DNA from: Halocafeteria seosinensis
Lineage: Eukaryota
NCBI GenBank assembly: GCA_001687465.1
Contig: LVLI01000364.1
Span: forward strand, 1-64,000
Length of the DNA stretch: 64,000 nt
Direction of reading: 5' to 3'
Shown: positions 48,177 through 59,254 of the stretch, piece after piece
Position numbering within the stretch: the first letter of the stretch is position 1
Layout: the number at the start of each line of letters is the position of its first letter
Made by a program: the position numbers and the translations under genes
Notes under the pieces: model-generated
Told to the model about the DNA's origin: nothing
Seen by the model: the letters and a program-made list of their open reading frames with translations, nothing else
Databases searched by the model: none

Positions 48177-48928
48177 ATGAATTCTGGACGTGTGGAAGAT
48201 CTAATTCAAACGGTCGTTCAGTGGCTCCAGCCCTATCAACGACAATATGGAGCCATAGCGCGAGACTACTTGCCCTTGGCGCTCCTCGCTATTGCGTCGC
48301 TTCGCATGCTCGCCGTTTTCATGGGACTCTTAGCGCCTGGTGTCTTATTCAAACAAGTGTACCCGAACGTCAAAGGTATGGAAGTATTGTTTCAATTCCA
48401 TTGTTGTATTTGTCGACCTCTACCTGGTTTTTGCAGACACAGGGAACTTGGGAGTTGGAGCACGACTTTTCTCAGCCTGGACCATGCTTACTTGCATGCT
48501 TGCCACGTTCTGTGCGCTGAACCCCGACAACGGAGCGCTGTACCTTGCCACGTTCCTGTCGTTTGTCATCGCGAACGTGTTGTTCACACTGGAACTGTGC
48601 TTGGGAAATATGACATTTGGAACCTTCCTCAGACCTGCGTTCTTTGCTAGTAAGTAGTCCGCGGGCTACAACTGGAGGTTCTCCGCATATACTCAACACT
48701 GCATTGTCATGTTATGCAGCTACTGCTATTGCCTTAATGATTCTCGCTTGGCCGCCCCAAGGCATTCAGATGAACCTGACCAAATGCCCAAGTCTACCGA
48801 CGCACCTGGTACAGATCTTGCAACATTATGCGTCGATTTACGGGATTCATCTACCAGGAGGTTTGGGCTCGGCTACTCGAAACACCGCGACGTTTGAGGA
48901 GGCTGATGCAGTGAAAGGCGAGTTATAG
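48177..48928 (+). CDS. ERG28: ERG28 sterol C4-demethylation scaffold protein; introns 48376-48436 and 48650-48719
   Basis: LLAIASLRMLAVFMG..KQVY..GARLFSAWTMLTCMLATFCALNPDNGALYLATFLSFVIANVLFTLE..RPAFFA matches the Erg28 pattern R.FG.WT......CA.......Y..T..SF..A..HF..E. Confidence 0.88.
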
Positions 48929-49067
48929 ACTGCCTCGCATACTTTCCAAAATTCGGTATACATAGATGGTACAAGTACAAAATATTAAGGGAATACCAAT
49001 GTCTTATCCAAGCGCCGTAGTGTCTATTGCTTTCTTAGTCCAAGAGGAAGCCAAGCGAGTCTGGCAT

Positions 49068-51074
49068 TCACTCAGAGAGCCGTCCCAAGACGAAACGGTA
49101 GAGCATGTTTTTCACATCTGGACCGTGTTGAGGGCCGAAAAACTCTTCCGTTATGTCTTTACCCGCACGATCTATGAGGATCTGTGGGCCACCGGGGTGT
49201 TTCGGAACAAATGGGGTGACGTCATATACCTTCTTGTCTATAATAACCCAGCAGTCTTCTTCCTTGTTGTGCTTGCCTACCTCCTCTCGTGTGAAAGACT
49301 TTTCAGGAACGGGAGGATCATCTGCTTCAGTTTTTATCCGTCCCACTATAAACCGTTTAATGGTTGAAAACACGGAGTCAGGATGCTGGGGTCCATGAAA
49401 CCCTTCCGAATTGTCCTTCCCTGGTTTGCGCAAGAGGGCTACCTCCCCGCCTGGATGCCGGTCAACATATTTCGTAACATCGTATACATAACCATCGACG
49501 ATAATCCAAAGATCATCTTTCTTGTTGTGCCTAGCCACTTCGTGTTCAGAATACAGCGGCAACTCGTCTTCACTGAGGTTGGACCCCTCTCCCCTATCCG
49601 CATCTGTGTCCGTATCGTCTCGACGAACTCGTGGTCGCGGATTTTTCATATGTCGAAAGTATTCTTTGGTCAAGTAGAGTCCTTGCTCCACGTTCCATAG
49701 CGGTCTGTAACCAAAATCCCTCTTTGCCGCTTCGCAGCGATACCAATGGTGCGTTGCAGAGATAACTAGTCGAGAGGGGCTCAATGTTATCTCCTTACCG
49801 AACATCTTAGCGATCCCTTGGGCGAGATGAGCAATGGCAAGCATGGGTTTGTAAGGCAGTCTGATTGAAGGTGGGTCGTAATCCAGCATATCCAGAATCT
49901 TGCCCATAAATTCCCAAAATCGAATTGGCTCATCGTTTGTTATAAAGTAGGCCTTGCCATTGATAGGCGAATTTGGAGATAACTTTTCGGCCGCCTTCAT
50001 GTGACCATGAATCACATTGCCGACGTACGTGAAATCGACAACGTTATCGCAGTTTCCTATTGCAAACTTCGATTTACCCTTTTGCGCCAGTTCAACCAAA
50101 GTAGGGACCAACTGGGCATCTTTCGGGCCAAAGATACCATGAGGACGAATACTGACGGCAGCTAACTTGTCACTGTGTTGGGTCGCTGAATCGAGAACAG
50201 CTTGTTCAGCTTCTGCTTTAGTTCGCGAATACTCATCCCGGAATTGCGGTGGATATCCTACACTCTCATCGACCCCGTATTGGTCGTCGCCTCCAAACAC
50301 CACTGAAGCAGAGGACGTAAAGACTAGTTTCTTGATACCGTTCTTTAAGCAGGCCTCTATAACATGTTTGGTTCCTTCAACGTTTACTTTTTGTAACGTT
50401 CCGGTATCACTATGAGGGTTCGGGCTAGCAAGATGGATCACCAAGTCGTGTCCCTTGAAGGCCTCGGTTACTTCGTCCTGCTTGAGCAGATTCCCCCGAA
50501 CTACGGTTACTTGAGGCGACTCAAATTTGGCTTTGACGATGTCGAAAACAGTCACCTTGCAACCTTGTTCAACAAGACACTCTACCATCATCTTTCCGAG
50601 GAACCCAGAACCTCCAGTCACTAACACATTTTGAGGAAGCTGTCATGTACAGAATAACGAACGCAATCCAAAACCTCGAAAGAAGTCTTAAGTTCCCCAA
50701 CGCACATACCTGGTACTTGGGATACTGAATCGCCTTGACGTTTTCTTCAATTCCTTCGGAAAAAGTCATGGACACAGGCTGCATCGTAGGTAGCATCGAA
50801 GTCATACAATACTTAGTAAATGTCCCAATATCGAGCATATTACGCGTACCGGGATTTTCATCCATTCCACGGCAAAGTAGACAAACGACGCAAGCAGCGC
50901 AATGGCGGTGGTCCAGAACATCGTATGGGGGTCCAAATCACCGGGTATCCCTATCCCTGCCTCCTCATTATAGCCCTTATTGGCCTCCTTGGAGGCTGCT
51001 GCTGCTCCTTCTGAGTACACCAGGAGACCAAAGGAGGCCAAGGTGAATGCACGCTGCCACAGATTCATCATCAT
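49068..51074 (-). CDS. ERG26: Sterol-4-alpha-carboxylate 3-dehydrogenase (ERG26/NSDHL-like) with N-terminal signal/TM region and two C-terminal cytochrome b5 domains; 2 introns
   Basis: VLVTGGSGFLG, VNVEGT, VFTSSASVVF, YSRTK, IRPHGIFGPKD, DFTYVGNVIHGH, GKAYFITNDEP..FWEF, AAKRDFGYRP; then two b5 domains each with HPGG and GPQH. Introns ~50640-50709 and ~50779-50849. Confidence 0.9.
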
Positions 51075-51781
51075 TCTACGCAGAGAAACGCCTAATTGAT
51101 TGTGAAATGCACAATATTGCGTGTATACCGATGAGTAACTCAATCAACTCTGTGGATGATACACGATATGGTCTGGAGCAAGGTACAAGCAGGTAGATGG
51201 CTTTACCAGCGATTTCCAGGCTATCTACGAAGCGCGCACTGCAAATACAGATGGTAATGTACCCCTTACTGTCATATTCCAATGGAAATAGTGTCTATGA
51301 AAGGTGCATAGGCCTCTGAATAGACGTAGGGGCGTCTATTTGCTTGCAGCATTATATGCCTCTATTCACCTATTCTATGGTATATTTCACTCACTGGTTA
51401 CCTATACAGCATCATTAGCACTAAAAATGAGGTTATGCTGTTCAATAGTACTGAATAGAGCACGTAATAGAGTCTACAGCCTCTCCCAGAGTGCTGGCGG
51501 AGGAGGACGTCCTTTATCACCTTACCTACCACAGCTACAATGCCCCATATTCTCATGACACCTTTATATCGCCATTTACACATATTGTATCCCTCGGCGC
51601 ATTCCCAGTCGTACGTGCCTATCAACAATACGGGAGCATCGTTGAAGTCTTGCTCCCCTTTTCAACGTATTCTCTCTGTTTGTATTATACACTCTATTTT
51701 CCTCCAGTTTGTGCCTTCTACATGGCTTCTGCTGTTCGTTAAGCAAGGGACAACTACCTCCGGTACAACGGTGGCGAAAGA

Positions 51782-53922
51782 ATGGAAGAGGAACGGCCCT
51801 ATGAAAGCCGGAAAGCGTTTGTCTCAGGGTTAACGAATGCTGCCTCCTCTTTATGGAGTGCTGTAGTCTCGGATGAGGAAGATCTTGCCGGGACAACTCC
51901 AGATACGGCTCCCAGATCAACGTCGGTGCCCACGTGGAAGCACCACAGTGGAAATACCCCTGGGAATCAACCCATCATCGCGTCATCGTCGGTAGCGGAT
52001 TCGGATTCGAATCCGCAAAAGGATCAGACAGCGTTGAATACCTCCACGATGACCACAAATCAGGAGCATGAGCATTCTATGGACTTCAGTCCCGCGAGGT
52101 CGGAAAAGGTGGAAGAGCTCCTACGGACATACAGAGAGAACTCGCCACAGAAAGTACGGAGTCAACCAGGAAGCCGTAGAAATAGTCTTTCTGGAGCAGC
52201 TCCCGGGCAACGCTCTACTGCTTCGACCCCTCCAATCAAAGGAATGGCAATGGAGGAAGCGAACATGATGCCACTGTTTGGTGCCAGGTCTGCGGCAGCT
52301 CCCGAAGGGGTGGTTGATGTTATAAACCATCAAGGCCATCGAAATCAGCAAGTAAGCAGCCAATTTGAAGCCAGAAGAAGCAGTGTTTCCGGTGAAGAGG
52401 TAGGTCGCCCAAAGGCTCGCTTCTTTCCAGGATACAACCCACTAGAGTGCATGGATTTTAATCTACTCTCTTGCAGAGGCTCAATACTACGCAGGCTCTG
52501 GAGGAGACACATTTGAAAGAAAGAGTGTTTAGGCTATCACGGCGGGTGCAGCAGATGGAAGAATCGTACGACCAGTTACAAAAGGAGCATCGAGAATCTC
52601 TAAGCAGGGAACGCCAAATGCAACAAGCGCTTCAAGCTCGTGATGAAAAGATGCGGGAGCTACTGGATAGAACTGAGGAGCAGGCAATATCAACACATCA
52701 CAACCAACAGTGGGAATCGCAACGGGCCAAACTACTTACCCAGCTTCGGGAATCGGAGAGCGCAAAGCAAGAATTAGAGAATCAGCTGGCGCAAGTAAAG
52801 CAAGAGCGTTACAAGATCGAAGCTGCGAACCAAAGTAACAGTGGTAACGCAGCAGCATACGAGAAGGAATTACAGCAATTGCGGAAAAAGGTTCAAACTC
52901 TTGAAGAGGAGAAAACTGCCACCGAAGCCAAGCTCCGTGTGACAGAAAGCAAGAATACAGTGTTAGAAAGAGATATACGCAAGGCTGAGTCTGCTAATGC
53001 GAATCTGCAGAAGGTGTTAGAAGACCAAGTGAACTCAGCCGAAAACGAGGAACAGTTAAGGCAACTGCAGGAGAAGTGTTCCTCTCTGGAGAAACGGCTT
53101 CGAACGGTCGAGGATGAAAGGGAAGGATACAGGCAAAGAGCGGCGGATTTAGAGCATAGGCTCCGTACTTCTGAATCAGAACTGAATGACCTGAAGAGCT
53201 CACAATCTCAGGAGAGCGCCAGCCAATCAGAGTCGATGTATCAGAAGTTATCGCAAGAACGAGCGCTAAAAATTGCCAGACTGCAGGATCAGGTACGATC
53301 TTTAGAACAGGAATTGGAGCGCTGCAAACGGGCTCAGGCGTTCCTAGATGATGATTCTGTTAATAAACGAGTTGTTGCCCAACTGATTGTAGGCTACTTC
53401 AACGGTGTAGCAGATTCCAAGCAAACCCTTCAGGCTCTAGCGAGCATGTTGGATATGACACAAGAAGATAAGCAGGCAATTGGTCTTTTGCCACCTGAGC
53501 TGCCGAAGTTCTGGGATGAAGATGATGAAAACAGTAAGCCGACGAGCGAACGCTCTGCTACGAATGCCAGCCGCTCACAACCGGCTTCTTCTGGTTCAGC
53601 TACAGAAAACGAAACATTAGATTCTGGCAATAAGCATGGAGGATTCGTGGATGCATTCATTCATTACTTGATGCGTGAAAGCAATGATATGGCTGATGAG
53701 GCTGGAGCTCGTAGTACTGGGGCTGATCAGCAGGAAGGACGTCGTTCTTCCGTGTCTGCGTCGTCGGTATCGGCTTCCTTCGTGCGAGGTCCCGTTTCTG
53801 ATACAAGTAGCGATGGGACTAGTAGCGGATCTACTTCTACCACCGCTACCACAGTCGTTTACTCTACCTCCGTAAACTCGTCTCAAACGTCTCAAGTAGA
53901 TTCCCAACCCGCTAGAGATTGA
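51782..53922 (+). CDS. Coiled-coil golgin with GRAB domain (GMAP-210/TRIP11/Rud3-like); intron ~52400-52475
   Basis: Coiled coil followed by DSVNKRVVAQLIVGYF..TLQALASMLDMTQEDKQAIGL and a downstream GFVDAFIHYLMRES motif. Confidence 0.78.
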
Positions 53923-54525
53923 ATCGATTCTTTGTTTGGAACGTCGAAGGCAAGCAAAACATAATTTGCAGATAGTGAATTTCTAACGATTACTCCAGCA
54001 ACCGTTTAATCGGCCGCAATGAAAAATATCACGTAGTTCGCATGATGAGCATCAATTCCTAAAACTACTGTAGTCATTTGCCAACAAGTATACAACGTGA
54101 GAGAAATGACAGGTTTCATATCGTACAACACATTTATCTTGCAACAATCACGGGTTTCATTCTGAACAAAAGTCCTTTTCCGGAGCAAAAACGAAAGAGT
54201 TGCATCAAGAAGTCTTCGAAAAGTACCACAGTGTGCAGGAGGTTAATGAACTCCTCACACGTGAATCGATCAGAACAAAAACCTAGTCGGCTGCACTATG
54301 TTATGTTGTTGTACTCCACCAGTGCAAAAAACAAGACAATGGGCGTCCTTCCTCGGCTCAGTGGGCCCCTCACTGGCAAAACCAATGTCCGTTAACTATG
54401 TGGCACCGTCACATCGACACAAACACTCGGAGCCGCATTGGTCCTGCCGTACATACAGTATAGCAGTGTTGAGGTGTTCACAGAGCTTTGAAGCATTCGA
54501 GTGCGACCAGAGCTGTCCAATCGAA

Positions 54526-56526
54526 ATGGAAGACGCGAGAGAGCGAGGGCGAGGATCAAGGAAGCCCTGGAGCTCAGCTGAGAGGTTAGATCCTCCCGGA
54601 GTATTTCCTACAGTGTCCACAGTAGCTTTGGGGACTGCAATACTGTTGAATGCATTGAGTGTCTCACTATTTGCAGATGCAGTGGATCTGCGAAGCAGTA
54701 TTATTGATGGAAACGAATCTTGTTTCGAGTACAACGCTGGCACGAAATCATTCCGAATGACTTGCAGTGTGCTGAACTGGATGGACCAAGGATACGACGC
54801 TGATACTTACATATCTCTGGGCACAAACGAAACATTTGACGGAGGGAACAAGGATGACAACGGAGAATTGTTTATTGATTTAAGTGGAATCGTCGACTTT
54901 CAGGGGCTATTTGAAATCAAGAAAGAGGAGGTTGAAACTTTTGCTGAAGCTCCTTTGATAAAGGGCGTTCATGTCAAGAACGGTACCGTTGGAAAAAGGG
55001 GTGGGTTTATAGTTCGACAACAACAGACCTATTTTACTATTCTTTCATGTAGCTCCACCGGAGATATCGTCGGTCGTGAAGCAGGTGGTATAAGTGGCTG
55101 GAAGAGTGGTCTTAATTTTGGTCAAATTGAGATATCGAATTCCCATTCAACAGGGAGGCTAGTGGGATTGGATACAGGCGGTATCACAGGAGAAGCTGTC
55201 GGTTTTAACGGCGGAACCGCCCATATAAAACAGTGTTACTCAACAGGCAATATTGAAGGGCAAGCTGCCGGCGGCATTTGTGGAAATACTGCTGGTCGCG
55301 ACCATGGTAGAGTATATGTTTCACAATCGTATTCAACAGGAGATATTACTACGACTGCTCTTCAGAGTGGTGGAATTGTTGGTAATATTGCTGGTTGGAG
55401 TAATGGATATGTTCATATTCAAGAATGTTACAGTACTGGAAAGATAGCTGCAGCATGGAGTGGAGGTATTATCGGAGATGATACGGCGGATAACAATGGT
55501 GAAGTGCACGTTTTAAATTCCTATTCTAGAGGAGACGTAGAGGCAGCAAAAGCAGGAGGTATTACGGGAAGAAATGTAGGCGGATTCGGAGCGTCAACGT
55601 TGGCGGATTTTGGAAGTGTGTATATTACTAATACTTATGCGTCTGGTATGGTAAGACTTGACAACGCAGGAGGCATACTAGGAAGCATTGATAGTAACTT
55701 TGTCGGCCATACTATCGAGGTGAGGCATTCAGTGTACCGAAAAAGAATTGTTGGTGACGACCCAGGAAGCCATTCTTCCAGAGGCACCACTACTTTTGTT
55801 GGCAATTCAAACGATTTAGATAAAATACGAGGCCAATTGTACGGTTCTGGTGAAGGTGTCCAATATTGGGATGATAAATTCTGGGCCATTATTGGAGCGG
55901 ACGAATTTCCTATTCTGCGATTCCAGCTTCCTACCCCATCGCCCACTACCTCCACAACTCCAACACCAACTACTACAAGGACTTCAACAAGTTCTAGAAG
56001 GGCCACAACAACACTATCCAGTACTTCTTCACCTTCTTCCTCGAGAACTACGACCTCTTTATCGACTCCATCGTCACCCGTGAGCCTATCCCCGACTCAT
56101 TCCACAGCCTCGACGGTATCGAAAACCTCAGCACTATCACAAAGCAGCACAGGTACATGCAGTTTTTCATCATCGACAATGCAAACAGAAACAGCAACGC
56201 AAGCACAGAGCAGCACAATTACATCAAGAGTTTTACGTACTACTGCGTCGCCATTACAGAGCAGCGGTGTCATATTAGGCGTTTCAAGCAGTGGGTATCC
56301 ATCGACAGCGCAAACGGCAACGAAGAAGTGCACATCAAGCGTCTCTACTCAAATACCAAAATCGTCAGGGTCACCACGTAGACCCATTGCATTAAGGAAA
56401 GTGCTTCCGGTTCAAAGACCAGCGAGAGCTGTCCAAAAGTGTGTGTGTCCAGAACCACTGGGATGTCCAGAGACAAAATCGATAGTGCAGAGAATAGCAA
56501 GAACTAGCAAAGGGCCAAAAAAGTGA
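54526..56526 (+). CDS. Intronless GLUG-like repeat protein with N-terminal hydrophobic segment and Ser/Thr mucin-like stalk
   Basis: About six repeats of (C/S)YS(T/R)G.(I/V)....GGI.G; hydrophobic VALGTAILLNALSVSLFADA; WAI..DEFPIL domain end; PTPSPTTSTT-rich tail. Confidence 0.8.
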   Translation: MEDARERGRGSRKPWSSAERLDPPGVFPTVSTVALGTAILLNALSVSLFADAVDLRSSIIDGNESCFEYNAGTKSFRMTCSVLNWMDQGYDADTYISLGTNETFDGGNKDDNGELFIDLSGIVDFQGLFEIKKEEVETFAEAPLIKGVHVKNGTVGKRGGFIVRQQQTYFTILSCSSTGDIVGREAGGISGWKSGLNFGQIEISNSHSTGRLVGLDTGGITGEAVGFNGGTAHIKQCYSTGNIEGQAAGGICGNTAGRDHGRVYVSQSYSTGDITTTALQSGGIVGNIAGWSNGYVHIQECYSTGKIAAAWSGGIIGDDTADNNGEVHVLNSYSRGDVEAAKAGGITGRNVGGFGASTLADFGSVYITNTYASGMVRLDNAGGILGSIDSNFVGHTIEVRHSVYRKRIVGDDPGSHSSRGTTTFVGNSNDLDKIRGQLYGSGEGVQYWDDKFWAIIGADEFPILRFQLPTPSPTTSTTPTPTTTRTSTSSRRATTTLSSTSSPSSSRTTTSLSTPSSPVSLSPTHSTASTVSKTSALSQSSTGTCSFSSSTMQTETATQAQSSTITSRVLRTTASPLQSSGVILGVSSSGYPSTAQTATKKCTSSVSTQIPKSSGSPRRPIALRKVLPVQRPARAVQKCVCPEPLGCPETKSIVQRIARTSKGPKK

Positions 56527-56957
56527 GCGGATCATCTGGGCAAAGAGTGTGAGTGATGCAGCCATATTACATTGTAAACGATTTAGCAGGGCGAATCTTC
56601 TAGGACTTTACTTACGTTGTATTTTATTTTTGAAAATGGCAGACAATGCAGGGGCTGGACATTCGGTTGGCCCCTGGCCAGCACTTCGATTTGAAGTCAA
56701 GTGACTGCAAGTTTAGCAGGTGCTCGAACGCCTTATCCGTAATATTTCGGTTTGCCGACATCCACTAAGTCCCAGACGTCTCAATTTCGATAGATGAGCA
56801 ATGTCTTCATCCTCGAGATCCCATTGCCATGGAGTCCATGGCATGGACATTCCAGTGAGGTCAAATTCGACAGATTTTGTAAGCCGGACCCGTGAAGGAA
56901 TGGTTCGCGTTCAATCATGGTCAGATCCAACGATTTCACGTTCGCGGTTAGGGTTCT

Positions 56958-57197
56958 ATTTGTTACTTGGTACCTGCCCATAGTCAACAACCGTTGCTAA
57001 GTGTCAGACCCGCTCCCGAAGAAGCGGGGATTTAAGCTGCAAAACACTCGAGGGTCCTATACTGTACTGTACAACTTGGTGGGAATAGGAAACAGCTCGT
57101 GTGGTAGACGGCACGAAGAAATAAAAACATAAAAGGATATTGTACAGGAGAAAATAATGTAACACAAAAGGAACCCGCCAAAAAAAAAAAGAAAAAG
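56958..57197. repeat. Dispersed ~220-bp repeat, copy 2, ending in an A-rich tract
   Basis: Colinear with 7012-7226; followed by an A11-G-A5 run at ~57180-57196. Confidence 0.7.
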
Positions 57198-58710
57198 TGA
57201 GGGGGTTAAAAGAAACCAAATTTTTGTCACAGCATTAGGTATGGTTCACCAGGCAGTTTTTCCTCCACAGACAGCTTAGCCTTGCTGTACGGTCCATATG
57301 TGTTAAGCAGTAAGTTAGCTGCCAGTAACGGCTCTGCTTGTACCAAACGATCCGGTGGTAGAAAGGATTTCATTTCAACTCAGTGTCCTTCTGAGCATGG
57401 TTCGTGGAACAGCGGGCCTGCAGCTGCCAGACACGGGCACCAGCTGCTACCTAAGTGTAGCGGCTAACATCCAGCTGCCGGTGGGCCATCAGTCACATCT
57501 TCGTCGTCGTGACGCACTAATTGTCGCACCACTTTATCAAAGAGCCGTCTCCATGGATTGCTCATTGTGCACCGCGCCTCATCGAGCGAGGTGGATTGAG
57601 GGCAACAAGCGGCCTCAAAAAGTCGCCTCGTTATAGAATGTCCTTCTGCCCTGAAAGCCATGTCCTACTTTCTACAAGTAGGGTGGCGACGCAACTTGGG
57701 ATCGGTCCCCAATCCCCTGTTGGGGATGGGGATGGAAGTCCAGCTGGGGATGCTTTGGGGAAGGATAGCAAATACAAATATAATTGATATTGTCATGATT
57801 GCGCATATGCTCTAATTAGCATGTCCACACTCTTTCCAGGAGTATCCGAGGATTCCTTATAACATTACCTGAAATCCGAACCGAATTTCTCCGCGTTGTG
57901 AAGGGCTTCCTTAGGCTGAAGCAGCTTTAGAGATGAGTACGATGACGATGATGAAGAAATGGTGGATCTAAATGTGCAACACATCGGAACAGATGCAGCT
58001 TCTAACCCAGACAACGACCCAGGAGAGCAGGGTCAGCCTGTGTGCAAGCCCCTCGGAGAGCAAGCCCACGGCCAAGACAACGAAGATGCAGGCACAGAAG
58101 AAGAAAGGGTCTAAAACGGCCCCATTACTGTAGTTCAGTGTATAGTTAGCACGGATGTAAAACTGCAGGAGATCGATTGCTACACGATGGGCGATGTGAC
58201 GTGGGATCAGCTACAAGAGTGTGCTTCGCAGTGTCATTTTTGGAGCCAGGATCTCGGACTCGGGTATACGGGCCGGATACTGTTATTACTCGCTATTAAT
58301 TGAATGGATTGGACCGAACGACTGTGGTGCAGAAATGTAGAGAACCGCTTCCAAGCCATCAGACAGTTGACTCGACAGTACGCCGTGTTGGAAGTGGGGA
58401 TTGCGTTTTTCGGCGAGTGTTCAGGATCGGCATGCGTCCATCTGTTACTGTGTGTCATGCTTCAGAAAGGTACGCTCGTGTTGTGTGTTGTTGGGATCAC
58501 GAGGAGACATGTTCGCATGTACTGTATGCGCCCACGGCAGGGCCATTATACCCGTAACAGCTCGGGCATATCCCTTCTTAGCACGCCAAGGGTTTGATTT
58601 GAATAATGCGTTCACCAACGGTCTTCCGTATAGTGTGGCAGCCAACAAGTGAATCCTCAGCATACACTGGAACCGACACTCGCCTATTAAAATACGCTTC
58701 AAGGGAGATG

Positions 58711-58806
58711 CAAGCTGATGATGGCCAAACTGTCTGTCACGTTGATGGGCCACAACGTGAAGGGGTTCACCCCTCATACGGCGTAGCGTAGCCTGTAGCT
58801 TACCCG
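58711..58806 (+). mobile_element. 3'-terminal fragment of the RLE element, copy D (opposite orientation)
   Basis: CAAGCTGATGATGGCCAAACTGTCTGTCACGTTGATG..CACAACGTGAAG..GGGTTCACCCCTCA..GCGTAGCCTGTAGC is the reverse complement of ~7577-7692 with an internal deletion. Confidence 0.8.
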
Positions 58807-59254
58807 TCTTACGGTATGAGCAATACTAACACACTCACAGGGTCGACGTAGGTAGCCGTGTCGTAGAAGTTGCAGACGAACAGGTCACCCTTTGGTAGTT
58901 GTACTACGAATCGGTACTTGTAGAAGCATACAACTACTTGTACTGCTGGGTAGCATCGGTGGCGCACGCAATTAGCTACAGCGTCAAAATACTCACATTA
59001 AGATTGAAACAGCCCACTTCATTCGAATACACTGTCGTCGAGGGATTGTAAACCCTTCCTATGCCAGCGTGACCCGCGGTGGTGCACCATGGAGCGGCGA
59101 TACCCGCGCCGCGGTGGGGCGAAATGCGAAAATAGGCAATACACCGTTTACATGGATTGTTGGGCTATGCGTAAGACTACAGGATACTCCACCTCTGTAT
59201 CTATCTGTTGTAGAATCGCTGTTGGATGGAAATAGGGAGAATGCGCTGAAAATA

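Noticed and set aside
51304..51833. Small ORFs upstream of ERG26 as a further sterol gene (ERG25/ERG27)
   Set aside because: No histidine boxes or SDR motifs; likely intergenic DNA. No ERG25, ERG27, CYP51 or cyclase was recognised in the window.
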